NCBI GenBank assembly: GCA_047967505.1 | Contig: CM106538.1 | Length of the DNA stretch: 64,000 bases | Source of the DNA: Dipteris shenzhenensis | Lineage: Eukaryota | Direction: 5' to 3' (one strand) | Part shown: positions 1 through 12,000 of the stretch, piece after piece | Layout: every line of letters starts with the position of its first letter | How positions within the stretch are numbered: position 1 is the first letter of the stretch | Made by a program: the position numbers and the translations under genes | Notes under the pieces: model-generated | Database searches by the model: none | Told to the model about the DNA's origin: nothing | Seen by the model: only the letters and a program-made list of their open reading frames with translations

Positions 1-870
1 TCTCGTTCGTGAGTCGAGTCTCCAGATTTTGAATCCGCGTCTGATTCGTGGTCTCGTATTGATTTTTCAAGACCGTCCATGCCTCCTCCGCTGTGGTGAC
101 ATGTTGAATAAACGCCATGACAAAATCACTTACACTGCAGACAATAGAACACAGCGCATTTGCATTTCTTCTTGTCCACGTGAGAATCTCATCCGCAATT
201 GGTACTATCTGTTGTTCTGCATTGGCTGGATCCGGTCTCGGAACCGGCTTCATGTCCACCCTAGTAGCAGTATCCCAAAGCTCGTATGCGCTTAGGATGG
301 TCTTCATCTTGAACTTCCAGAGTAGATAGTTAGTGCCGTCCAACTTTCCGCTTTCGCCGAACGGTGGGATTCGCAGTCTTGCGGGCTGGGCATCTCTTAC
401 AATCTGCTCGCAAACAGAAACACACTACCAAATCTTCTTGCTAGAGTCCAAGCTCTGATACCATGTAAGAAAACAATACAACGTCTGTGCTCAACAGATA
501 ACAGGATCTCGTATGCAAGAGAGAAAAGCAGATAGTATGGAGAATAAAAAATTTGATTACTGTAGAACTGATACAATAAATGGCGCTGCCTCCCAACCGT
601 GCGCTCCTGTGAAAAGAAGCTTCGATGGCGTGCTGGAAATAGTAGAGGACGGAGGATGGATGCTAAGGAATCAGGGTTGTTGTAGCCAGTGATGAAATAG
701 GCTTTATGGGCTTGCTCTTACATAGCCACCAGTCGTAGTCGATTAGACCCAATTGGGTGACCGACCCAGTCCGCCCAAAACGGCCGACTGGGGCTCGGTC
801 CTGAAATAGGCCACCGAACACACAATAGAATCGTGGCACAAAATAGAGCAATTGACCTACGGCCATCTGG
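1..870 (-). mobile_element. Ty1/Copia LTR retrotransposon, 5' part (partial 5' LTR ~464-870, PBS, start of gag running off the window)
   Basis: Minus strand reads ...TCTTACA|TGGTATCAGAGC (LTR end + tRNA-iMet PBS at 452-463) then an open frame GKLDGTNYLLWKFKMKTILSAYELWD...EEAWTVLKNQYETTNQTRIQNLE typical of Copia gag N-terminus (UBN2-type). Outer LTR boundary approximate. Confidence 0.85.
452..463 (-). promoter_or_regulatory. Primer binding site complementary to tRNA-iMet 3' end
   Basis: GCTCTGATACCA on + = TGGTATCAGAGC on -, abutting LTR terminus CA. Confidence 0.9.
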
Positions 871-882
871 GATCATCTGGGG

Positions 883-1610
883 CCACCCCACGCTTAGCCA
901 ACACCACATAGGAAGCACGACACCTATCATGACATACACTTTGATCACAGCCTCTCACTGGCCTACTTTGGACGCCTAAACAGACTCCTAACCTACATTG
1001 ATCAAATACCACTCGTGCTGCCGTGATTAGTCGCACACTCCACGAGGCTGCCCTTCAAATCTTTCCCCACACCACACGGTCTACTAGACCACCATCTCTT
1101 GGTGTTGTACCCTGCAACAACTGGTACGATGCGGAGTGCAAGGCTTATCGCCGCTAGCTCTGACTTGAAACCAGATGTCACCTCCCAAATACACTAAACA
1201 CGGTACGCAAGTATCGACGTCTCGTACGTCGGAAGAAGCAGACATTTCTTCGTCGAAATGAGGAGGAGCTACTGAACATCTTGTATAGCAACAACTCTAA
1301 GGATTTTTGGCGGAGATTCCTTGAGCGTAGGTCTCCATCACCCCTCACCGACACGAGAGTTTGGCACACGTATGCACACCATCTTTATGATGTCCCACAC
1401 CAGCCCACTCCAAATCTCATACACACACCTCGCCCCACCACTTGCACGTTGTTCACCAAAGGGCCGAGTCAAGGACGTGACATTGAAAGTGCACAATGGC
1501 CGAGCTAAGGATCGTGAGGGGCTATGCATTGAGTTTATTGCATATGTGATCGACACGTTAGCCCTGATCCTAGCAAAGCTATTCAATGACGCTGTTTGCC
1601 TTGGCTTCCC
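883..1610 (+). mobile_element. Non-LTR retrotransposon (RTE-X/CR1-L2-like) ORF2 fragment: EN-RT linker and start of RT
   Basis: WYDAECK linker motif (~1120) and HNGRAKDREGLCIEF...LAKLFND...GFP (RT domain 0/1 pattern); 883-1045 is a diverged duplicate of 2051-2230. Confidence 0.7.
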
Positions 1611-4182
1611 CCGCACTTCGCCATATGCACCTACATCAGGATATCCCAGACCTTTCATCCCGCGGGAAAGTTCTCCTTGTTTGAGACTTCAACGCCAGGA
1701 TGAGTACGCGACAGGCACCACTCCTGGACTTCCGAGACGACTCTATGATGCTACCAGACATGGACCTAGATGGAGCAGGTATGACTAGGACCTCATCGGA
1801 CCGACACGGGCCTGTTACACCATATGGACACGCGCTCCTTGATTTGGGTAGGATGCATGATCTCATCATCTACAACGGGCTCGACCTATGGCCCTCCTCA
1901 GGTGGTTTTACTTGCTTCCCACATGGGGGGGGGCACTAGTGTAGTAGATTACATCATGGGATCCCCTACCTTCACTTCATGTATCACCGACTTCACCGTA
2001 GCACCACTCCCTCCAGGAGCTGATTACACATACCTATTCTTCACTATCGCCACCCCACGCTTAGCCACACCACACACACCACATAGGAAGCACGACACCT
2101 ACCACGACATACACTTTAATCACAGTCTCTCACCGGCCTACTCTGGATGCCTAAACAGACTCCTAACCTACATCGATCACATACCACTCATAGAGGACTG
2201 TGCTGCCCTGATTAGCCGCACACTCCACGAACACGCCTACAGACACTGGGATTTGATCAAGAGATCATCTGGGCAGTCATGGCACTATATGAGAGAGTCT
2301 CAGGCACAGGTTGGACAGATGAGATCCTGAGTACCATAGGGGTCAAACAGGGTTGTCCCTTATCACCGACCCTGTTTGGCCTCTACATCGATGAGCTTGA
2401 GACTTTCATGGGGACGTTCGGAGGGACCGGTTGCTCACTTGCCGGGATCATCATCAGGATTCTTCTTTATGCAGATGATGTGGCACTCTTGTCGTCCACA
2501 CCCGAGGGGCTCCAGCGACACCTGGATGCACTACAGGCTTTTTGTTTATCCCATGATTTGGAGGTCAACCTTGGCAAGACCAAGGTCATGATCTTCAACA
2601 CCTCTGGAGCAAACATGCAACGGAAGCAGTTTACTTTTACTTTGGGTGGGTCACGAGTTGAGATCGTATCCTCATACACTTACTTGGGGGTCATCTTCTC
2701 CGGCCCGATCTTCACGATGAGACCAACGATGCAGGCCAGACTGAGCAGGCGATATGCCTCACTGGCTCGGCTAGAGAGACAATGCTTTCACTCCCACTTC
2801 CAGGACCCTCGGCGGACCAAGGCTCTTCTCTTCGAATCCTTGGTCCGACCAGCGGGTATGTATGGCAGCCTTTGGTGGGGGCCTGACATGTCAGAGATAG
2901 AGTGGACACGGGTGGAGCGCTTGTAGATCCTCATGCTCTCACAAATGATCCGAGGGAAACCGTCTATACCACATCACATCATTCAGGCCGAGTTTGGTGC
3001 TTCTCCACTCCAGCTAGATGCATCCTTTCAGACCATCACATATCTACACCGGGTTAGATCATATGGGGACTGCACATCAGGGAGACAGAGGTTGCCATGG
3101 TTGGCTCTCGATTCCTCCATGAGGTTGGTAGCAGAGGGAGACGAGCGATGCTGGTATGCACGGACTCACAGATGGTTTGTGAGACTAGGGTTTCACATCG
3201 ATAGGATACCTCCTTTTCAGTACAGTTTAGATGCCCCTCTGGTACTCCCACCCACCATCCCAATTGGGCCACATACCAACTTGGTCATGCGAGAGAATCT
3301 CCTGCAGCTACACACCTTTAGGACCTGGTTGGAGCCGAGGAAGCTTCCAGTGAAGTTGAGTTTCTACAGAGATTACTGTCTTTGCATTTCGGAGGAGGGA
3401 TTCATCACACCACCGGGGTGCACTGAGGTTCATATGCCTCACTCACTACGGATCTCCATCGGACAGTTTTGGGTATCATCACACCGCCTCTGCATAGAGA
3501 GCGGCAGAGCAGAGGGGATTCCTAGGAAGCATCGCTTATTCATATTGTGCGACTGTTAGGAGGATGAGTCGGAGGAGCATTTTATTTTCAGATGTCCAGT
3601 GTTCTACGAGATCTAAGGTCGCTACCACTGCCTCTTCAGAGACGGCTCCGGGCTCCTTTCCAGATTCCTCGCCTACCCAGATCAGAGATGCCTCGCGGCC
3701 TTCATTCACGAGGGAGTCCGACATAGAGAGTACTTACTTAGGCGACCGGGCTTGGCCACATCATCAGACACCTCTCAGAGCAGGATCACAGAGTTCTTCG
3801 ACCCGACGATCGCAGCACGACACACGAGACATCGAGGGGACACACAGATCACTCTGGGGGACCTCTCGTCATTGTTTAGACCCGAGATATGTTCCACGGG
3901 GGTAACGGTGGATCTGGTCTTGCATCGAGCCTCGTCTAAGAGACCGAGACGCACGGCAGCCCTTGACGGGCACCAGCATCCCATCACCGGCTATGCACTA
4001 GCCAGGGCGACATGACATACAGAGGATTTCGCTCAGCTCCAGTCCTTTTCTTTTCATTGTTACATCCAGAGGTATTTGATTATGTATGATCAGACTTAGG
4101 ATTCAGCACGGGTGATGATGCTCGTTTCAGTAGCTCCACCCTTACTGTGATTTGTATCAGGTTTTCTTTCAGTCTCATAGAC
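1611..4182 (+). mobile_element. RTE-X/CR1-L2-like LINE, decayed ORF2 (APE C-half, internal deletion, RT, C-terminal CCHC, 3' UTR)
   Basis: VLLV*DFNAR and TSVVDYIMG (APE endonuclease); GVKQGCPLSPTLFGLYIDEL...ILLYADD...NLGKTKVMIF (RT); SSHRLCIESGR...LCDC*...EEHFIFRCP (CCHC). 2279-4015 is one frame with scattered stops. Confidence 0.9.
2279..4015 (+). pseudogene. LINE ORF2 (RT + C-terminal domain), interrupted by in-frame stops
   Basis: ORFs 2279-2926, 2933-3559 and 3752-4015 share one frame; YADD motif present. Confidence 0.9.
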
Positions 4183-4445
4183 CCATGGCTGTTTACAGAG
4201 ATGGAAAAGCAATCATCAGAGACTTTAAATCCAAGCCTAAAGACTCTCAGTCTTAAACTGATGTAAGCAGATCTAGCTATACTTTGTAGTTGTGTGTTAA
4301 ACAATCCCGAACTGAGTAGCCATGGGCACTCTCTTTGATGTGTTTGTGTTCCTTTTGGATTTTGTATTTTGTCCCATAGCCATGTGAGGGCTCCTGTTGG
4401 GCGTTAATAATTAATGATGATGATGTTGATGACGATGATGATGAA
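4183..4445 (+). mobile_element. 3' end of an ORF1-only LINE derivative (ORF1 C-terminus, short UTR, family 3' terminus, GAT-repeat tail)
   Basis: AVYRDGKAIIRDFKSKPKDSQS* (stop 4254-4256) matches ORF1 end at 37073-37140(-); followed ~150 nt later by GTCCCATAG...GTTAATAA and (GAT)n. Confidence 0.7.
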
Positions 4446-4449
4446 GTCA

Positions 4450-4596
4450 GTACTACTGATGATATGACTATGTACTACTTAGCATTCAGCATGGGTGTTG
4501 ATGCTTGTTTAGTAGCTCCTGCTTGATTTGTATCAGTTTTCTATCAATCTCATAGACCATTGGTCTTCCGAAGATTTTAATAAAATTTTTTTCTTA

Positions 4597-4652
<56 letters not shown>
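4450..4652 (+). mobile_element. Short LINE 3'-end fragment with (CT)n(CA)n microsatellite
   Basis: CTCATAGACCATTGGTCTTCCGAAGATTTTAATAAA then (CT)n/(CA)n at 4597-4652; upstream part resembles 4100-4180. Confidence 0.7.
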
Positions 4653-4657
<5 letters not shown>

Positions 4658-4679
4658 TCTGTGTGCATGTGTGTGTGGG

Positions 4680-5736
4680 GTTTTTTTGCAGGAGCTTGCT
4701 TTGAATGCAAAAAGTTTGGGCACAGGGCTTCACAATGCCCACTAGTCCTGCATAAAATGCTATGCCTCCTGATATGCATCCCAAGGATACTTCTGTCTCT
4801 TCTCAAGCCAAGAATAAGTCCAATAAACCAGCAAATGCAGCTCAGGATGAGGGGAAAGCTCCTGCTGCGTCCAGTGTAACCAAAAAACGCGTTTCGGGCA
4901 GTAGAAACGTGAAGAAACATTTCTGCCTGAAACGTTTCTAAAAAACATGCGAAACGCGGAAGTTTTTTTGAAATTGTTTTTATAAAAAATACACTATTTT
5001 TATTAATTATAAAAAATAATTTATATAAAATACACTAATTTTACACGTTTCTAGAAGAAACACTTGTCAAAATCTCGAAACGTTTCTAGAAATGCGGAAA
5101 CATTTCTAGAAACATTTCTTGTGACACTGGCTGCGTCAAATGCTACTGTTTCTGCATTGATGATTCAACTTCTCAATCTTAAGTAAGGGAAAAACTTTGT
5201 AGGAAGCTTGGCAGAGTCCAAGAAAGATTATGACAGCAAGGAGACCTCTTCCATCACGTACCTGGAATGGTTCGTCATCAAGTGGGAACGCTCCTCAAGA
5301 AAATTCAGGGATTGGAAATACATGGGCTGCAGTAACAGCCAGTCGTACCCTCTTTCCTGAAGAGGAAGTGGCTGCTCTTTTATCTTCTCCACAGATTTAA
5401 GTTTCATCTCAGGGTCGGGGGCCGGATCCTAAGGTTGAAATGCAAACTTGAGCTTTTGGGTTCTCAAATGTAAATACTTTCTAAATGTGATGTCATACAT
5501 AAAGTGTCTTACTCTCAATGTACAGGGTCTCTGTGATCCCAGGAAATGGAAGTTGGTTTGGGGTTATCTGCATCAAATGCAGCCTGACATAGTTGTATTG
5601 CAAGAGCATAATCAGCATATGTATGCTGGTCATTATGGGCATTTTTCTGGTTATGATATCTTCTATGTAGGAGAACATACTTTTGCAGGAGTGGTTTTCC
5701 TAGTGAAACATGAATTACAGCTCGTGGTTGCTCTAA
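4680..5736 (+). mobile_element. L1-clade LINE, ORF1 C-part and ORF2 APE endonuclease N-terminus (continues at 15118)
   Basis: CFECKKFGHRASQC zinc knuckle; KCLTLNVQGL...PDIVVLQE...AGVVFLV endonuclease start; reading frame rejoins across the insertion as VAL|NDCQGRW. Confidence 0.8.
4872..5129. mobile_element. hAT-type MITE, 258 bp
   Basis: 8-bp TSD GCTGCGTC at 4864-4871 and 5130-5137; imperfect TIRs CAGTGTAACC.../...GTGACACTG; subterminal GAAAC(G/A)TTTC repeats; AT-rich core. Confidence 0.9.
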
Positions 5737-6653
5737 CTTACCCCATTGGAGACTTCCGAGGTTGGCCCTAGAGTCATCCAGACGACTCGCAGAGAGCGGG
5801 GACAGACACATGGTATGCACGCATATCTACATGGCTTGCCAGGCACGGTATCCAGATGGACATGCTTCCCCCCTTTCAGTACAACATGGATGCACCTCCT
5901 GAGTCGATCCCGCGAGATGAGATTAACCATATCATACAGTTAGACCTCGTCCAGCTTCACACATCCCGGACCAGAGGGAGGACCAGGAGCTCCCACCAAG
6001 ACCCAGTTTTATCGCGACCACTTCCTGAGAGTATCAGAGAAGGGATTCATTATCAGACCCCAGTATCTCGAGGATAGAGGAGTCTCCCATGCACTGAGGA
6101 TTGCCATTGGTCAGATGCGGGTTTCGTCCCACCAGCTGAGGATCGAGGCAGGGAGAGTAGCGGGTATACCCAGAGAGCAGCGGGTCTGCACGCTATGTAC
6201 GCTGGGGGCGGTTGAGACAGAGGAGCATTTTCTTTGTGTTTGCCCAGCCTACTACGAGATTCGGAGACGCTACCATTGTCTCTACCTAGAGGGGAGTGGC
6301 TTCGGTCCTTTGTCACGACTGATCCATTTCCATGACCAGGTCTGTATCAGGCTTTATCTGATGGAGATGTGGTGACACATGGAGACGCTTCTACTACAGA
6401 TCAGAGAGCAGCAGGGGATGGTCAGACCACTATAGGACATAGAGGGTAACTGGGCACAGCGACATGTCACAGACTTCTAGACATTTGAGTCAGCCCCCAG
6501 ACACAGTGGTGTGGAGGAGGAGGAGCTAGCCGACATGAGAGCAGTCTGGATGAGCAGCCGGCACAGTACCACCGAGAGAGGGACGCAGAGGCCACATGTG
6601 CGACAAAGAGCCCCTAGGATACACTCTATTGAGGTCTGACCTATCACAGCTTT
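5737..6653 (+). mobile_element. 5'-truncated RTE-X/CR1-like LINE, left part (split by the Gypsy element)
   Basis: MRVSSHQLRIEAGR...CTLC...ETEEHFLCVCPAYYEIR C-terminal CCHC; sequence continues seamlessly at 14727 by comparison with the copy at 21540-21620(-). Confidence 0.9.
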
Positions 6654-7650
6654 TGTCACCACAATGTAAATATCCTAAGTCAAAGTACAGTTGACCATTT
6701 ATTTGATCTTAATTAAAGAATGTTATATGTGTTAATTACGGTCAAAGAGTTATTTTAATGGTCAAAGGATTGACTACGGTCAAAGATACTTGACTCCAGT
6801 CAAGTAAACCTGACTACGGTCAGAGAATGTTGACTTTGGTCAACAAGACTTGGCATGCGCCAAGAGGGTTAACCCCGGTTAACCAAGATGTGCCAACTCC
6901 GGTTGGAGAGACTTGGCTATAATTAAAGCGCCTCGACCTTTGGTCGAAGCTCTTTAATTATAATCAAGAGTGTTGACCTCGGTCAACCAGAGAAAATATA
7001 TATATATATTTATTTATATATATATTTGTTTAGATGTGCACATGTGTTCAGTGGGGACGCCCACCGTGACTAGGATTAGTCCACAGTGTGTTATTTGCAT
7101 GCAAAGCGCTAACAATTAATGGGTACCATGGTGGTGCGCTTTAATTAATTGTTGCAGGTACTAGGAAGGATTATTTTCCTAAGCGAGATGGGAGCCTGAC
7201 AAGCACCTAGGAAGCGGTTCGTGTGACCGAGAGCCTGGAAGACTCCAGAATGGCCCTATGTGGCTTGTAATAAGAGTTAGTCTAGATTTTAGACAAGTGG
7301 CATGTTGCCAATTTGAATGGGGCTAGAAGCTCTTGTAAAAAAGAGAGTTCTTTTGACGTTTTATGAGAGAGAGTTACGAGACAGCTTGAAGCTGAACTTT
7401 TGTAACAGTTTTTCAAAAAGTAATAAAGACCTTCGGGGGGGTCCAGCCCGACAGTTTGTCCTGGGCCCTAGTGTATGTCCAGAGAGAGAGAGTGAGGGAG
7501 AGCTTTTGGAGAGTAAATTTCCGTCGTGGAAATAAAGACAAAGCTGTTTCGTCAGTTTGCGTTGTATAAGCCATAGCAGTTTATCTACTCCCGGTGCTGT
7601 ATCGTAAAGAGGGAGAGCTGTGGACAGTTTTTAATTTACTCCAGGTTGTA
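6654..7650 (+). repeat. 5' LTR (997 bp), TG...TA
   Basis: Starts TGTCACCACAATG, ends CCAGGTTGTA, followed by T then the PBS. Confidence 0.97.
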
Positions 7651-7651
7651 T

Positions 7652-7663
7652 TGGTATCAGAGC
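7652..7663 (+). promoter_or_regulatory. PBS (tRNA-iMet)
   Basis: TGGTATCAGAGC one base after the 5' LTR. Confidence 0.95.
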
Positions 7664-9063
7664 TTCGGTTCTCTGTATTCCCAGGCAGAGACGATCTAAG
7701 CAAGAGAGATTTTTTTTTTGTAGAAGAGTAACGCATTATATACGATCGTCAATCTCTAGATGGGAAAAAAGATGGACTGCTCATATTGTAGCGTAGCGTG
7801 AGTCTGTCTTTCATTCCAGGACTTGTAAGATTGGTTGGGTATAAGAAGGCTTCCTCGAGCAACGGGCGTGATGACGGAGAGTTGGTGATAGAGAGGATAA
7901 TCCGACTGAATTATGAGTCAGACGGGGGGATTCCCAAGCAGCGTAAGAGCAAACGAGGCACTTTTTTTTTGATTGCGTTGCCAGTCCCGTCATCCATTTG
8001 CGCAACGACAGAAAGCATTTGGCGACACCTTCACGGGGATACATGGCGCAGACCTGTTGTTTGGCGGGGATACCGATGGGTAGACCTGAAAGGCGCCTGA
8101 CAAATGAGTTGAGGCGCCAAACGACGAGAGGTGTCGGGGTAATGAAGCTCTGATTGCGTGAATGCAGACAGGCGCAACGTGCAACACCGTGACAAATTTT
8201 ATCGCCCGTCTTCAGCCCAACTTTAGGCTGATGTGGCAGGCCTAACCGACAGGTGACGTGGCAGCCAGGTGGCGTCCGCACGTGCAGGTGCTGACGTGGC
8301 GGATGGAGCGATGGGTTGATGACGTGGCACTGACACGTGGCAGACAGCTCAGCAGCTGACGTGGCAGTACACGTGGTGCAGGACACGTGGCAGAGGTCTT
8401 GCAAGATGCTGACGTGGCAGCCAGCCTGGCAGACCAGTGGTTAAGTTAACCCTGGTACAGTTAAACCCTGGTTGGTTGACCTGTGGTTAGTGAAACCCTG
8501 GTTAAGTCAACTGCAGTCAGTTAACTCTGGTTAGTTGAACCAGTGTCCAGTCAGTTCAACTCTGGTCCAGTTAATCTGGCCTAACCAGATCAGTTTGGTT
8601 GGTGTAACCAGAACCAGTTAGTCTGGTTAGACTAACTAGCAGTCACTTCATCTGGTTACTGTTTTCACAAAAAAAAAAAAAAAAAAAAAAGAGACAGTTG
8701 CAGAGACAGTTTTGGCTATCAATTTTCTCCTGCCTGTCAGGTTTTTACTGTCAGAAAAGTAGCAGAAAACCAGAGAAAAGCAGAGAAAACAGAGATTTGC
8801 AGAAAAAGGAGAATGCATGCCTTTGAGCAGTAAAAAGAGGGAAAAACAGATGCCTTTTGAAGCCATCTGCAGCAGCCAGAACAGGGCAACATAGTTGATG
8901 ATGCTTTGGCAACTGTGTGGGTACATGCCTTGAACTGACAGCCAGTACTGGCATAGATTGTGAATGCAAAACACCTCTTGTTGAGGTACCTTTTCTGTTG
9001 GAAAAGCAAAGGTAGTGTGCATCAGTTACCCGCACTGTGTGAGAAATCTGCAGATCTCAGAAT

Positions 9064-12000
9064 ATGGATCAATCACCTATCCAGTGGGATTCTCAAGATA
9101 GGGATGAGCATCCAAGACAGAGGAATGTGCTGCAAACTCAACAAGAATTTGAACAAATGGTACGCACTCGTATACAAGAGCTGGAAAATCTTAAAAGGGA
9201 TCCCAGGGCTCAGCATTTGTTTCCAGCAGAGGCTATGCCTGATCCAGTATATGACGTGCCAATGCCAGAGGCACACTCCCGTGTACAGTCTGAGAGAGAG
9301 AGATCTCATAGATCTCATAGGAGACGGTCCCATAGTAAAAAGAGATCCAGGCATCGTCACCGATCTCCTAGTCCATCACCGTCTACCTCGAGTTCGACTT
9401 CTGTGTCTTCTTCTTCCTTATCAGATAAACCATCCAGGAAAAGAAGGAAACGCGAGAAGTCTGGGAAGAGAAAGTCTTCCAAAGCGACCAAGGAATTTAA
9501 AGAGGGAGGAAAATCTGTCAAGTTTATGACCTACAATGGACAGTATGGTCATACAGACAAAGCATTGCAGTTTATCAGACAGTTTGATGCTGCATTTGGT
9601 ACAGAGAAATTTTCAGAATCCTCCAAATTAAGAATGGTCAGCTTACACTTAACAGCAACGGCTAGTGCATGGTGGAGTGCACTGACTACAGATGGGTCAG
9701 CCCCAAGAAAGTGGAAGGGCTTCAAGAAAGCCTTCTACCAGCAGTTCATGCCTAAACAGTTCAGAGACCATGTTCTTCAAGACTGGGACAGCTTGCACAT
9801 GGATGCAGGAGATACAGTGGATGGGTACAACCAAAAGTTTTGGGATGCTTATTTGCAGGTTGCACCGTTCAAAAAGATCTCCAAAGGTACCCAGATGAGG
9901 AAGTACAGAGCAGGTCTCACTCCAAGAATTCAGGCAGTAGTGAATGCTTTGGGGGCAAAGAATATTCAAGATCTTATGCATTCAGCCTCAGTAGCGAGTC
10001 TTGTACCGCTACAAGATCCATCTACAGTGCCATCCTTGCATGCAGGACGTGCTGATAAAAAGAAATCTGATTTTCAAAAATCAGAAAAGAAAGAGTCCCC
10101 TAAGGCTGAAAAGAAAGGGTTTCAGTCTCAGAAGCCGAGGGGTACTCAGTTCTCAAAGACCTATAAAGGCAAATCTACTTTTACCCCTGAACAGATAGCG
10201 GAATTCCGTAGAGATGGGAAATGCTTCAGGTGCGGTAAAGAGGGGCATGTGGCTGCCCAGTGCCCAGAAAAGCCTTCATCATCGAAGGGAAAAGAGGCAG
10301 AGAAGCCACGAGGACCGCAAAAGCCAATGGCGGGGGGTATTCCTGATATACTGGGTCATGCTTTGAACCCAGAAGAACGAGAATTGCTGCTATCATGGGG
10401 CAAAGTTAGAGACCAGCAAGCGCTGATTTTATTTGATCCAGGGGCTACTGATAATTTCATATCAGAGGATCTAGCCCTGAGGCTGGGAATAAAGACGGAA
10501 GAGCTAGGCAGGGCTTTGGATGCCGATCAAATGTTTTGTGGGAATCCTGTGCCAGTTACTCCCTTGATAGGGAAGCTCCGTCTTCATATTCAGAGTTATG
10601 TGGATCAGGAAGACTTCTTCATTTCTCCACTGAAACATTATGATGTAGTTTTGGGGATGCCTTGGTTTCACCGCAAGGCAGTGAAGTTGACTCTTCCTGA
10701 AAGAGTGCTGGAATTTGTACATAGGGGGAAAAATCAGCGTGTAATTGCCAGGAATAAAGGGGACACTATCCCCATTGTATCTGATGTTTCATGCAGTAAA
10801 GCAATAAAGTCTGCAATTTCTGCGTACATGGTTTTTGTAAAAGAAAAAGAGACTGATATGCATGCTGAAATGGATGATGCAGACAAAGATAGGTTTCAGT
10901 TTTTGGTAAACTTTAAAGATTGCTTTTCTGATGTTTTACCAGGGGAGTTACCCCCAGAGAGACCAGAAGATCATCAGATAGAGTTAATGCCTGGTAGTGA
11001 GCCACCAAACAGACCCCCTTATAGAGTCAGTGCGACTCAGAGAGAGGAGATTATGGCTCAAGTACAGGACTTGCTGTCCAAAGGCTTGATTCAGCCCAGC
11101 TCGTCTCCTTTTTGTTCCCCTGTACTGTTAGTACAGAAGAAAGATGGTTCATTCCGTATGTGCGTTGATTATCGCGCACTGAACAAAATGACCATCAAGA
11201 ATAGATTCCCTATTCCGCGTATTGATGATGTCTTGGATCAGTTAAATGGAGCTTCAGTTTTCAGCAGGATAGACTTAAAGAGTGGCTACCACCAAGTGAG
11301 GATACAGCCTCAGGATGTGCATAAGACAGCATTCCGCACAACATTCGGGTTGTATGAATACTTAGTGATGCCTTTTGGATTGACAAATGCTCCAGCCACG
11401 TTCAATAGAATGATGGATCGCATCTTCCGGAAGTACAGGCATTTTACGGGTACTTTCTTTGATGATATCTTAGTTTTTTCTAAGACAGAGGAAGAGCACA
11501 GAGAACATCTTGCTATAGTGTTTCAAGAGCTGAGAAATCATCAGCTCTATGCAAACAGCAAGAAAAGTGAATTCTTCCTGGAAGAAATCCATTATCTGGG
11601 GCATATAATATCCAAGAATGGGATACAAATGGATCCAGCAAAGATCCGTGCCATTCAGGAATGGCCAGAGCTGAAAACTGTGCATGAAGTTCGAAGCTTT
11701 TTAGGCTTGTGTTCTTACTACAGAAGGTTTATCAGACATTTTGCTGATATCGCAGCTCCATTACATGACCTCACTAAGAAAAATGCAGCCTTCACCTGGG
11801 GATTATCACAGAAGAAAGCATTCAATACACTCAAAGAAAAGTTGACTACAGAGCCTATTCTGGTAGTTCCAGATTTGTATCAGTCTTTTGATGTGGATTG
11901 TGATGCTTGTGGAGAATGTGTTGGGGCTGCATTGCATCAGAATGGTCATGTAGTAGCCTATGAAAGCAGACGACTTCGGGATGCGGAAAGATATTTAGGA

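Noticed and set aside
7317-7535. Identical 72-aa ORFs at 7317 and 14388 as duplicated genes
   Set aside because: They lie inside the two LTRs; no coding signature.
7652-7663. tRNA genes at TGGTATCAGAGC sites
   Set aside because: Only 12-nt primer binding sites, no cloverleaf.
8663-8690. TTTCAC(A)22 in the Gypsy leader as a retroposed L1 tail
   Set aside because: Same hexamer as tails at 20671 and 20818 but no upstream homology or TSD seen.
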